Translations under genes and position numbers: made by a program
Assembly: GCA_902760315.1 (NCBI GenBank)
Contig: CACWFV010000008.1
Span: 14,212 to 78,211 of the forward strand
DNA from: an uncultured Bacteroidales bacterium
GTDB lineage: Bacteria > Bacteroidota > Bacteroidia > Bacteroidales > Bacteroidaceae
Length of the DNA: 64,000 nt
Reading direction: 5' to 3'
The notes under the pieces: model-generated
The model's input: the letters and a program-made list of their open reading frames with translations, nothing else
Databases searched by the model: none
What the model was told of the DNA's origin: nothing
Shown here: in pieces, positions 18,303-27,826 of the stretch
Position numbering within the stretch: the first letter of the stretch is position 1
How the letters are laid out: each line of letters starts with the position of its first letter

Positions 18303-19478
18303 TCAGCGTTTCTTCGCCCGTGCGTCACGTACCTTATTAATAAGGCGTGAGATGATGGACGGACAGTCAGGGTGGCCATCGCGAAAAGCCTTGACAGCAG
18401 TACGGAGATCCGGGTTCTTGGTAGCCACGAAGAGTGCGATGGCGAGGTAGGCCGCTGTGGGAGTAGAGAGCCTGCGCCCATCTTCAGCGACTTCAGCATC
18501 GCCCACAAAACCATCCTCTTTCAAATATTGCTCCACCTGCTGCTGATAGCGCTGGACGGCCTCGGCGTCGCCCAACAGCACGGCACACATCAGCATCAAG
18601 GCTGTGAAGCGTCGGCGGTCATCGTAGCTGTCCATGTCGATGTCGGCAAAGCTCAGCATGCGGCGCAGTTTGGGAGCGTCCTCGCGTTTCTTCTCAGCCA
18701 CATAAGCCTGCCGAGCCGTCTCGCCCTGTTTCTTGCCCACGGCATAGCGGTGGCCCAGGATGATGGCCACCTCGTTCTCGAAGTTCTCGATGACCTTGCC
18801 GCTGAGCAACTGGCGCGTCTGCTGATCCAGGAATTCCACGTCGCCCTCGTGCAGTTCGGGGAACGTCACCTCACGTTCCAGTCCGCTGATGACGAAGGCC
18901 ACCCGCATCGAGGCGGTACCCGTCTTGGTGCGAACATGAATGCGCCGTATCTCGCCCTCCTTATCTTCCCAGCAAGGCAGTTTGACGCGCACCCTGCTAC
19001 CCTCCGCAAACTGCGTCAGCGGCTGGTCGGGCACACCCTCAAAGTACTCCATGCTGAACCGCCGGATAGCCATCTGCAGACCACGTATGTCGCTGTTGCG
19101 CACCTTGATTATCTCGCCCATCTTGTTGCGATAGTGGTAGAGCCGCAGACGCGTGTTCGTGTTCCAGTCGGCCATCAGCAGTTCGCCGATGCGCTTCTCC
19201 GAGGCATTGATGAACACAAACTTGCGGAAGTCGTTACGGATGTCGGCATCCCGCTCCCGCTGGATATCGAAATAGGGCACATAGAACTCAAACGGTTCCC
19301 GACGCAGCCCAGTCTCCAGCTGCTGATGGCTCAGCAGTTCGCCACGTAGTTCGCGCTCCAACATGGTCTGTATCCACACCGGATTGTGGTGAATCATGAC
19401 GTACCAATAGCCATTGTCCACGGCCACGGGCACGGTTTCGTCGTGTATGTCGTATTCTTTCTGTTCTGGCATATACAT
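18303..19478 (-). CDS. NusG/UpxY-like transcription antiterminator with C-terminal helical extension
   Basis: NGN-like (WYVM..FYVPY..FVFI) and KOW-like (FAEGSRVRVK...EGEI) segments; first gene of the polysaccharide operon; probable start 19478 or 19472. Confidence 0.7.
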   Translation of the reverse strand: MYMPEQKEYDIHDETVPVAVDNGYWYVMIHHNPVWIQTMLERELRGELLSHQQLETGLRREPFEFYVPYFDIQRERDADIRNDFRKFVFINASEKRIGELLMADWNTNTRLRLYHYRNKMGEIIKVRNSDIRGLQMAIRRFSMEYFEGVPDQPLTQFAEGSRVRVKLPCWEDKEGEIRRIHVRTKTGTASMRVAFVISGLEREVTFPELHEGDVEFLDQQTRQLLSGKVIENFENEVAIILGHRYAVGKKQGETARQAYVAEKKREDAPKLRRMLSFADIDMDSYDDRRRFTALMLMCAVLLGDAEAVQRYQQQVEQYLKEDGFVGDAEVAEDGRRLSTPTAAYLAIALFVATKNPDLRTAVKAFRDGHPDCPSIISRLINKVRDARAKKR

Positions 19479-19703
19479 ATCCTCTCCTTGTCCGCATGGA
19501 ACTTTATTCCAGCAGATTAGACCGCCATTTCGGTAGGATAGACGGTCGTGGTTGAACCCGTTGGTCCCCGTGCTGCAAGGCATCCTGAGCAACTTGCCCC
19601 GTAGGGCTTGAGGCTCGACCCAAGTACGGCTGACCTGTCACGGAAAACAGGGCTGACCAGCGCCAATGACACCGACAGCACCCGAAATCCACTTGCAAAG
19701 GTA
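19479..19703 (-). promoter_or_regulatory. Operon promoter (-7 box TACCTTTG) and ~210-nt structured leader
   Basis: TAnnTTTG at 19703-19696; hairpins GCCC-TACG-GGGC and GACCGTC...GGCGGTC in the leader. Confidence 0.6.
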
Positions 19704-19828
19704 CGATATTTTTTCTGAATACCTATTTATATTTGGCAATTTTTTCAGTTTTCTTGCAAAATCATCGTCGAGGCGCCACAACTGCTGTTCCGTCCACCAA
19801 CGGCCAATGTGTTAAAAGATATTAAATA

Positions 19829-20809
19829 TCAGTCCATTTTCTTTGGCATATCGAAACATACCACGTTCTGCGGACTGCCCTCCACGAAGGCCCTGACATT
19901 GTCTATAGCCACCTGGAGCAGTCGTACACGAGCCTCGCGGGTAGCCCAGGCCACATGCGGTGTGAAGTAAGCATTAGGCAGGCTGATGAGCGGATTGTCG
20001 CTGTGGGGCGGTTCCTCGATGAGCACGTCGGCACAGTAGGCCGCCAGGCGCCCTGTCTGCAAAGCCTCAGCCACGTCAGCATCGCAAACCAGTGGTCCGC
20101 GTCCCGTATTAATCAGTATGGCCGTAGGCTTCATCAGGCTCAGTGTCTGGGCGTTCATCAGATGGCGCGTAGTGTCCGTCAGCGGACAATGCAGCGAGAG
20201 CACATCCGCCGTCGCTAGCAGTTCCCGGAGTTCCACCTTCTTGACACCTGCGGGCAACTCGTCGGCACGTTTGCTGGTCAGCGCCTTCACCTGCATGCCG
20301 AAAGCCTGGGCTATCTGGGCCACCCGACGTCCGATGTTGCCCAGTCCCACGATGCCGAAAGTCTTGCCGGCCAGTTCCGTCAGCGGCGTGTCCCAATAGC
20401 AGAAGTCAGGACTCGCAGTCCAGCGTCCCTGGCGGTTCTGCAGCGCATAGTGCTCCGTGCGGTTCGTCACCGTCAGCAGGTGTGCAAACACCATCTGCGC
20501 CACGCTCTCCGTGCTGTAAGCCGGCACGTTGGTCACCGTGACGCCATGCTCGCGGGCCGCCACCGTGTCCACCACGTTGTAGCCTGTAGCCAGCACCCCG
20601 ATGTAGCGCAGCCGCGGCAACTGTTCTATCTCCCGGCGTCCCAGCACCACCTTATTAGTCAGCACGATGTCGGCCTCGGCAGCCCGCCCTACGGTCTCCT
20701 CCGCCCTGGTACGTTCATATACCGTCAGTTCGCCCAACTCTCTCAACCCGTCCCACGACAAGTCGCCAGGGTTGGCTCCATAAGCGTCAAGAATTACTAT
20801 CTTCGTCAC
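19829..20809 (-). CDS. D-2-hydroxyacid dehydrogenase (glycerate dehydrogenase-like)
   Basis: GIVGLGNIG, SLHCPLT, INTGRG and TPHVAW motifs. Confidence 0.9.
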   Translation of the reverse strand: MTKIVILDAYGANPGDLSWDGLRELGELTVYERTRAEETVGRAAEADIVLTNKVVLGRREIEQLPRLRYIGVLATGYNVVDTVAAREHGVTVTNVPAYSTESVAQMVFAHLLTVTNRTEHYALQNRQGRWTASPDFCYWDTPLTELAGKTFGIVGLGNIGRRVAQIAQAFGMQVKALTSKRADELPAGVKKVELRELLATADVLSLHCPLTDTTRHLMNAQTLSLMKPTAILINTGRGPLVCDADVAEALQTGRLAAYCADVLIEEPPHSDNPLISLPNAYFTPHVAWATREARVRLLQVAIDNVRAFVEGSPQNVVCFDMPKKMD

Positions 20810-20834
20810 TCCAATCTTATCAATTAGTTTCGTG

Positions 20835-20931
20835 CAAAGTTACGAAATAAGTGAGAGAAATACAAAAGAAATGGCATTTCTTTTTATTTCCGAACGAAAA
20901 GTAAGTTCGGCGAAGCCAAAGTTACGAAATA
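20835..20931. repeat. 82-bp promoter-duplicating mini-element
   Basis: CAAAGTTACGAAATA direct repeats at 20835 and 20917; internal AT-rich hairpin. Confidence 0.65.
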
Positions 20932-21066
20932 TAGCTGACGTAGCAAAGTGATTTTGGAAGATTAACGCAGTTCAGTGATAATTGTTAGAAAAAAAGTAAA
21001 ATTTGGCGCTGCTTTCAGAATTTATTTTGTATATTTGCAGTCAGATATATATAGAAAGCTGCTAAG

Positions 21067-22248
21067 ATGAAGATTGCTGTCTTAACTTCCGGAATTCTTC
21101 CCGTGCCTGCCGTGCAAGGTGGAGCTGTTGAGAACCATCTTGACTTTTTGCTCAGGTATAACACCCAACACCAACTGCACGACATCACCGTCTATAGCGT
21201 CTACGACAAAGGGGTAGACGGACATGAAGACCTGCGCTCGTCAGCAAACCACTATGAATACATCCATGTGGATAGTCTGTGGGCCAAAATCATGAAACGA
21301 TTCTACCACCTGACGAATAAGGACGGCTACTATAGCTACACGATAGAATACTATTTCCGTCAAGCCTGGAAGCGGCTTAGAAGACAGCATTACGACATCA
21401 TTCTATTAGAGAACAGGCCCGGCTATGCGCTCAGCATGGACATACCCAAGGAGACGCGGCTCGTAGTGTATCTACACAACGACTTTCTGAACAGCGATAC
21501 CAGAGGCTGTAAAGAAATATACCGGAAGGCCTGGCGCATCATTACCGTGTCAGCGTATATTGCCAACCGGGTGAAGACCATCAACAGAGACGACACTAAG
21601 TGTATCCCGATACTCAATGGCATCGACACCCAAGCTTTTCATCCTGACAGAGCGATGACCATAGACAGAAGCCGGCTGGGACTTTCCGAGCGTGACTTCG
21701 TCATCATCTTCTCCGGCCGCATCTCGCCAGAGAAAGGCATACACGAACTGATATCCGCCATGGCTGCGTTGTCGGCCTACCCCGCCATTAAGCTGCTCAT
21801 CATCGGCAGTCCCTTCTATGGTAACGCCAAAAACGAAGACAGCTATGTAAGGGCCCTGAAGCAAGAGGCCAAACAGATAGAAGACCGCATTGTGTTTACC
21901 GGTTTCATCCGCTACGAGCAGATGCCCGGCTACTACAATTTGGCCGACATTGCCGTCGTTCCCTCCATGTGGGACGACCCCTGTCCCTTTACCGTCCTGG
22001 AAGCACAGGCCGCCGGACTGCCCATCGTCACTACCAAGAGAGGTGGAATACCAGAAGAGGTGACAGAAGACAACGCCCTGCTCTTGTCTACCGACGAGAC
22101 ATTCATAGACCGCCTGGCTGAAGCCATCCTACACCTCTACAGTCATCCGGAACAGAGGGCCAGGATGAGCGCAAAAGCCCTGGCCAATGCCACCAAATAC
22201 ACCAAGCAGCGGCTTGCGGAAGACTTCTTTCAAGTCATCAACGAATAA
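21067..22248 (+). CDS. Glycosyltransferase family 4
   Basis: PVPAVQGGAVE, FSGRISPEKG and VPSMWDDPCPFTVLEAQAAGLP motifs. Confidence 0.9.
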   Translation: MKIAVLTSGILPVPAVQGGAVENHLDFLLRYNTQHQLHDITVYSVYDKGVDGHEDLRSSANHYEYIHVDSLWAKIMKRFYHLTNKDGYYSYTIEYYFRQAWKRLRRQHYDIILLENRPGYALSMDIPKETRLVVYLHNDFLNSDTRGCKEIYRKAWRIITVSAYIANRVKTINRDDTKCIPILNGIDTQAFHPDRAMTIDRSRLGLSERDFVIIFSGRISPEKGIHELISAMAALSAYPAIKLLIIGSPFYGNAKNEDSYVRALKQEAKQIEDRIVFTGFIRYEQMPGYYNLADIAVVPSMWDDPCPFTVLEAQAAGLPIVTTKRGGIPEEVTEDNALLLSTDETFIDRLAEAILHLYSHPEQRARMSAKALANATKYTKQRLAEDFFQVINE

Positions 22249-22265
22249 TACCCTACTGTTACAGC

Positions 22266-23498
22266 ATGATTGACACCATTATACAGAAAATGAAAGCCTG
22301 CTGGCTCGTAGCTCTAACGACCCTGGGTATACAGGGAGCATGGGCACAGCAGGACAGCCTCCGAATACGACTGGACTCACTACTTCAAGCCCCCATGTTC
22401 GAAACGTCACAAGTGGGAGTGATGGTCTACGACCTGACAGCCGACTCTGTCTACTACCAACACAACGCCCGCCAGATGATGCGCCCGGCATCCACCATGA
22501 AACTGGTGACAGCCATCACCGCCCTGGACCGGCTGGGTGGTGGCTACGACTTCCGTACACGCCTCTACCACACCGGCGTCATTGTCAACGGCAGACTGAA
22601 CGGCGACCTCTACTGCGTAGGCGGTTTCGACCCCATGGTGACGAGAGACGACGTGCAAGCCATGGTCAGACAACTGCACCAATTAGGGGTAGACACGCTG
22701 AAGGGGCACATCTATGCAGACTGTTCCATGAAGGAGTCAGTGGACTATGGTGAGGGCTGGTGCTGGGACGACGACAACCCGCGGCTGAAGCCCCTGATGA
22801 TAGGGCGCAAGGACACCTTCCTGGACACCTTTGTCGAGGAGCTCTTCAACGACAGCATCTACGTGGAACAGATAGAACTGGGCGAGGGTCACTGTCCCGC
22901 CAATGCCATACTCGCCGTCCAGCAGTCGCACTCCATGGACCAAGTGTTGCAGCGCATGATGAAGATGAGCGACAACTACTATGCCGAAGCCATGTTCTAC
23001 CAAATAGCAGCCTCAACGGGTCGGCGCATGGCCAAGGCCAGTGACGCCCGCGGGGTGGTCAAGCAACTCATCAGCCGTCTGGGACTGGGCAGCCAGCCTT
23101 ACAAGATAGCCGACGGATCAGGGTTGTCGCTGTACAACTATGTGAGTGCCGAACTGGAAACCATGCTGCTGCGCTATGCCTGGCTGCATGCCCATGTCTA
23201 CGACCACCTCTACCCCGCCCTGCCCATAGCCGGTGTAGACGGCACGTTGGAGAAGCGCATGACGAAGACCTTGGCTGAGGGCAACGTCAGGGCCAAGACA
23301 GGTACGCTGACTGGCATCTCGTCGCTGGCCGGATACTGTACGGCAGAAAATGGCCATCAGCTATGCTTCAGCATCATCAACCAGGGCGTCATGCGGGGTA
23401 CCGACGGCAAGAACTTCCAAGACAGTTTCTGCCGCGTGCTGTGTGGAGAAAAGCCCGAACAGCAAGCAGCACAGCCAAGGCGTGGAAAGCGTCGCTAA
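22266..23498 (+). CDS. dacB: D-Ala-D-Ala carboxypeptidase/endopeptidase (PBP4, peptidase S13)
   Basis: PASTMK, SDN, DGSGLS and KTG motifs. Confidence 0.92.
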   Translation: MIDTIIQKMKACWLVALTTLGIQGAWAQQDSLRIRLDSLLQAPMFETSQVGVMVYDLTADSVYYQHNARQMMRPASTMKLVTAITALDRLGGGYDFRTRLYHTGVIVNGRLNGDLYCVGGFDPMVTRDDVQAMVRQLHQLGVDTLKGHIYADCSMKESVDYGEGWCWDDDNPRLKPLMIGRKDTFLDTFVEELFNDSIYVEQIELGEGHCPANAILAVQQSHSMDQVLQRMMKMSDNYYAEAMFYQIAASTGRRMAKASDARGVVKQLISRLGLGSQPYKIADGSGLSLYNYVSAELETMLLRYAWLHAHVYDHLYPALPIAGVDGTLEKRMTKTLAEGNVRAKTGTLTGISSLAGYCTAENGHQLCFSIINQGVMRGTDGKNFQDSFCRVLCGEKPEQQAAQPRRGKRR

Positions 23499-24229
23499 AC
23501 CGTCTGCACGTAGCGTTCAAAAGCCTCGCGGTAGGCATCGGTAACCCGGATAACCTCGTCGCCGATATATACACAAAGGTTACGGTCAACCGTTCTTATC
23601 TTGTCCAGACGGACAATATAGGAACGGTTGATGCGCATAAAGACATCCATGGGCAAGGCATCCTCTACGGCCTTCATCGTCAGGTGGGTAGTCAGCGGCA
23701 GCCGCTCACCCTCCAGATGGAAGCGCACATAGTCCTTCATGCCCTCGACAAAGAGGATGCGGTCGAAGCTGACCTGTCGCAGTTCGCCGTCAACACGCAG
23801 AAACATCGTAGCCTTGGCAGGACCGCCAACGGGTAGCTCATCGCCATTTGCCACTTTTGTCTCACTCCGGCCAAACCACTGTTCAGCTTTCTCCACAGCA
23901 GCAATGAACTTGTTATATCGGATGGGCTTGAGCAGGAAATCCAATGCCGAGACCTCATAGCTCTCGAAGGCATACTCCTTGAAAGCCGTGGTAAAGATGA
24001 CCTTCGTCTGGGCTGGCAACATGTGAGAAAGTTCCATACCACTCATATCGGGCATCTGTATATCCATGAAGGCCAGCTGCACCGGGTGTTCCTTCAGCCA
24101 GGCCAACGCCTCAACGCTGTCGGTAAAGGAAGCCTCCAGCCGTAGTTGCGGTGTTTTCTGGACAAACGACTCCAGCAGTCTGACGGCCAACGGCTCGTCG
24201 TCGATGATGATACAGGTAATAGGTGTCAT
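23495..24229 (-). CDS. LytTR family response regulator
   Basis: IDDEPLA, DIQMP, DFLLKP and FMRINRSYIV motifs. Confidence 0.93.
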   Translation of the reverse strand: MTPITCIIIDDEPLAVRLLESFVQKTPQLRLEASFTDSVEALAWLKEHPVQLAFMDIQMPDMSGMELSHMLPAQTKVIFTTAFKEYAFESYEVSALDFLLKPIRYNKFIAAVEKAEQWFGRSETKVANGDELPVGGPAKATMFLRVDGELRQVSFDRILFVEGMKDYVRFHLEGERLPLTTHLTMKAVEDALPMDVFMRINRSYIVRLDKIRTVDRNLCVYIGDEVIRVTDAYREAFERYVQTV

Positions 24230-25284
24230 AGTTGAATGGTTATCTGGACGTAATAGATGTTCTGGTCGTCAATGCCTTGCTGCCACGTATAGCGGTTGGG
24301 ATAGAGCAGCTGCAGGCGGCGTCGCGTATTCTCCAGTCCGATGCCTGAGCCGCTGCGGTTCTGCTCATCCTTAGGATAGTTGGTATTCCGGCAGCTGAAG
24401 GTCAGCTGTCTGCCGTCCGTATCCATATTGATGCGGACCATCGAGTCGCGGTTGTTGCTGACCCCATGCTTGAAGGCATTCTCGATGAGCGAGATGAAGA
24501 GCAGAGGAGCGATAGTTAATGGAGAATTGGCAATTGACAATTGACAATTGACCACGGTCTTCTCGCTACAGCGCAGCTTCATCAGCGCAATATAGTTTCT
24601 CATGAATTCCACCTCGCCACTGATGGGTACTGTCTTCTTATTAGTCTCGTACATGGCGTAACGCAGCAAGTCGCTCAGTTGGGCGATGGCATCCTGGGCT
24701 TTGTCGGCGTCAATCTGTACCAGACTGCTGATATTGTTCAGTGTGTTGAAGAGGAAGTGCGGGTTCAGCTGGTTCTTCAGCCACTCCAGTTCAGCCTCTG
24801 TGCGTTTCTGCTGTTCCTCCTTCAGTTGGCGCTTGATGGACTGTGAGCGATAGACATGGTGAGCCAGCAGCGCAATGCCAGCAAGCAGCGCACTCATGAA
24901 TACCGCCACCAGCGACGAGGCGTAATAGCTGCTCAATGCATACTGACGATAGTGGGCGTCGGGCACACGGCTCAAGAAAGTCTCCTGGTCGAAGAGGAAG
25001 AAGAAGATAAACACCTGATAGGCCAGTATCAGCGCATTGCCCAGCCAGAAGAGCCAGCGCCTGTTACGATAGTAGCCAAAGGGGATGAGCAGGAAAGAGT
25101 TGAGGAAGTATATGGCTGCCGAAATCCCGTGGATGCGGGCATTGATGTTGAAGGCCTGTAGCGAGCTGCTCCAGCTATGGGTGGTGATGAAGGCAGAGAT
25201 GGCTGGTACCATCAGGAATACCAGCCATGCTGCCACTTGCAGCCCGTAGAAGGTTATTTCTTGTCTGTTGATTTTCAGTTTCAT
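24226..25284 (-). CDS. LytS-type sensor histidine kinase
   Basis: TM helices; LKNQLNPHFLFNTLN, ENAFKHG and GIGLEN motifs. Confidence 0.93.
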   Translation of the reverse strand: MKLKINRQEITFYGLQVAAWLVFLMVPAISAFITTHSWSSSLQAFNINARIHGISAAIYFLNSFLLIPFGYYRNRRWLFWLGNALILAYQVFIFFFLFDQETFLSRVPDAHYRQYALSSYYASSLVAVFMSALLAGIALLAHHVYRSQSIKRQLKEEQQKRTEAELEWLKNQLNPHFLFNTLNNISSLVQIDADKAQDAIAQLSDLLRYAMYETNKKTVPISGEVEFMRNYIALMKLRCSEKTVVNCQLSIANSPLTIAPLLFISLIENAFKHGVSNNRDSMVRINMDTDGRQLTFSCRNTNYPKDEQNRSGSGIGLENTRRRLQLLYPNRYTWQQGIDDQNIYYVQITIQL

Positions 25285-25336
25285 GCTGCAAAGATAATAA
25301 ATTACGTGAAATGTAAGAAGTGAATCAAGACTTTTT

Positions 25337-27646
25337 TTACTGCATCACGTTGCCTGCGCCTGCGCCATTGCCTGTGCCGCTGCCCACGCTGTTGATAGTT
25401 TCACCGTTGGACTGATGTTCAATGTAGTCGCTTTCAACACGGCTGCGACGCTGCATGAACTGCTTCTTGGTATTGCCGAAGGTGTAAGAAATGCTGAGCG
25501 AGAGACTCTGCATGGGCACCTTGATTTTCATGTCGTTAGTGAAGTCACGTCCTGCCGAGTAGCTGTTGATGGCCAAGTCGCCACCATTGCCCAGTCCTGT
25601 CATTCCCATCACGCTGACGGTCAGTTTGTCGTCGAGGAAGGATTTCGAGAGTGTTGCTGTCAGCATGTTGAAGCCACTGCTCCAACCCTGCAGGTTGTAG
25701 TTCTTGGTAGACGTGATGAGATATCCGCTGAACTTCAGCTCCCAGGGCAGCGTCTGTTGCAGTCCCACCATCATGTTGGCGTGCCAGCCATCGTTCTGCA
25801 GGTCGAGTGCCTTGGAGCGCATGTCGCTATAGTCCACGCCACCGTTCAGGAAGAGACGGGTGTTCTTGTGCACCATCCAGTTTACGTAAGCATTCAGACT
25901 GGTCATGTTGTGCTTGGCGGTATTGTCGTAAGTAGTGTTCAGCAGGTTGTTGCCGTCATAGAAAGAGTACGACTCGATAGCATTGTCGGTAAAGCTGTGG
26001 CGCAGGTTGATGCTCAACATCATCTTTGCTGTAAAGGAGTTGAAGGCCAGTCCGATGTTGTGCGACTTCTCCGTGTCCAGATCGGGGTTACCATAGGAGA
26101 GCATGGTGGGGTTGGAGCGGTCTACATACGGATTCAGATAGGTAATACCGGGACGAGAGATTCGCATGTTGTACGTCAGGCCGAGGTTGGTAGCGGGAGT
26201 GATGCTGTAGGACAGGCTGGCTGAGGGCACCAGGTTGCCATAGTGCGTCTGGAAGTCCTTGCCATTGCCCAGGTGGTAGCTCACGTCCTGCCACGTCTGC
26301 TCATAGCGCAAGCCTGCCTTGGTGCTCCAGTTACCCAGTCTGCTGACCAACTCAGCGTAGCCAGCCAGGATGCTGTTCTTGTAGTCGTACTCCGAACTCA
26401 TCAGGTCGCTATAGACACCCTGCAGATAGTAGTCTGCGTCTGACGTGGCCTTGCGGTAACTATATTTCAAGCCGGCATTCAGCGTATTCATGGAACCCAG
26501 CGGTGTGGTGTAGTCCAGCTGGAATATGTGGTCTGTGGTGCGCTCCTCGTTTTCCGAGTAGCGGTTGGTCAGATCCATCATGGTGCCTAGTCCCGGCTGG
26601 TCGAAAGCACTCTCCATTTCGCTCTTTGTAGGAGCGTAGGTCAGTTGGTAGGTCAGCGTCAGACTGCTGGTGCGTGCTTCGTTGAGGAAGCGCTGGTAGT
26701 CCAGGCTACCATTAAACGACGTGCGCCGCATCTTCGTATCATTCGTATTGCCATAGGAGAATCCCGTGCCGTACATGCCACCGCCAAAACTGGTGGTAGT
26801 CAGTCCGTCGCTATTCATATTGAAAGAAGTAATGCCGGCCGTCAGTCCGATAGAACTTTTGGCATCCAGGTCGTAGCCCAGCGTCAGATTACCCATGGTA
26901 AACGGCATCTTCATCTTCGACGTAGACTCCGAGGTCATCAGCGACGCCATTTGTCCCGTCTGCTGCCGTTCCATGGTCGTTGTCGTCTCACCGGGAGTCT
27001 GCTTGCTATAGGTCACATTGGTACTGTACGACAATTTGCCCTGCTGACCACTGACAAAGGCACTACCGCCCAGCTGACGGTTACCGGCCTGCACACGCAG
27101 GGTACCGTTATATCCATTCAGACTACCCTCGCCACCCATCATGGCCGTCACCTCCTTATTCATGACGATGTTCAGCACACCGGCACCACCCTCAGCATCG
27201 TACTTGGCACCGGGGTTGGTGACCACTTCAATAGACTTCACCATGGTGGCAGGCATGGACTTGAACACCTGACTGGGAGCCGACGACATCATCATGTTGG
27301 GTTTTCCGTCGACATACACCTTGAACGAGCTGGAACCATTGACAGTGATGTTATCCTCGCCGTCAACGCTGACCATAGGCACCTTGCGCAACATGTCGAG
27401 CACGGTAGAAGCCTTGGCGTCGGCATCGTTCTTCACGTCATACGACAGTTTGTCGGCATCAGCCTTCACCAGTCTGCGCATGCGGGTCACCGTGACACCG
27501 TCCAGGTCTTTCTCCCAAGCCACGCTGTCCTGGGCTGCAGTCTGCTGAGTGGTTGTCGAGTCCTGCCCAGCTGTCATGTTATTTTCCTGAGCCATCATAA
27601 GGGTGGTCATTGTCGTCATTGCGAGTGTAAGAATAGTTGTTTTCAT
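25337..27646 (-). CDS. TonB-dependent receptor / outer-membrane beta-barrel protein
   Basis: Signal peptide; plug motifs LRKVPMV and IEVVTNPGAKYDAEG; GNPDL; C-terminal ISYTFG. Confidence 0.88.
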   Translation of the reverse strand: MKTTILTLAMTTMTTLMMAQENNMTAGQDSTTTQQTAAQDSVAWEKDLDGVTVTRMRRLVKADADKLSYDVKNDADAKASTVLDMLRKVPMVSVDGEDNITVNGSSSFKVYVDGKPNMMMSSAPSQVFKSMPATMVKSIEVVTNPGAKYDAEGGAGVLNIVMNKEVTAMMGGEGSLNGYNGTLRVQAGNRQLGGSAFVSGQQGKLSYSTNVTYSKQTPGETTTTMERQQTGQMASLMTSESTSKMKMPFTMGNLTLGYDLDAKSSIGLTAGITSFNMNSDGLTTTSFGGGMYGTGFSYGNTNDTKMRRTSFNGSLDYQRFLNEARTSSLTLTYQLTYAPTKSEMESAFDQPGLGTMMDLTNRYSENEERTTDHIFQLDYTTPLGSMNTLNAGLKYSYRKATSDADYYLQGVYSDLMSSEYDYKNSILAGYAELVSRLGNWSTKAGLRYEQTWQDVSYHLGNGKDFQTHYGNLVPSASLSYSITPATNLGLTYNMRISRPGITYLNPYVDRSNPTMLSYGNPDLDTEKSHNIGLAFNSFTAKMMLSINLRHSFTDNAIESYSFYDGNNLLNTTYDNTAKHNMTSLNAYVNWMVHKNTRLFLNGGVDYSDMRSKALDLQNDGWHANMMVGLQQTLPWELKFSGYLITSTKNYNLQGWSSGFNMLTATLSKSFLDDKLTVSVMGMTGLGNGGDLAINSYSAGRDFTNDMKIKVPMQSLSLSISYTFGNTKKQFMQRRSRVESDYIEHQSNGETINSVGSGTGNGAGAGNVMQ

Positions 27647-27682
27647 TGTCGTTATGTTTTATTGGTTTCTGATTTTCTGCTG

Positions 27683-27749
27683 CAAAGATAAGGTGAATAA
27701 TCTCACCCTCCAACTGACTTTCGACCAAACGCCCACCGTCTTTCGACGA
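27683..27749 (-). promoter_or_regulatory. -7 box plus putative LytTR direct-repeat site
   Basis: TATCTTTG at 27690-27683; CTTTCGAC at 27718 and 27740 (22-bp period). Confidence 0.55.
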
Positions 27750-27771
27750 AATATCCCACAGACATACAACA

Positions 27772-27799
27772 GGCGAGCCGGCAAAGTTGCCGGCTCGCC
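27772..27799. terminator. Perfect 13-bp inverted repeat (terminator or REP-like)
   Basis: GGCGAGCCGGCAA-AG-TTGCCGGCTCGCC downstream of the 27827..28750 gene; U-tract is weak. Confidence 0.5.
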
Positions 27800-27826
27800 C
27801 TGGTGAATATCCTATAAAAGGTAAGT

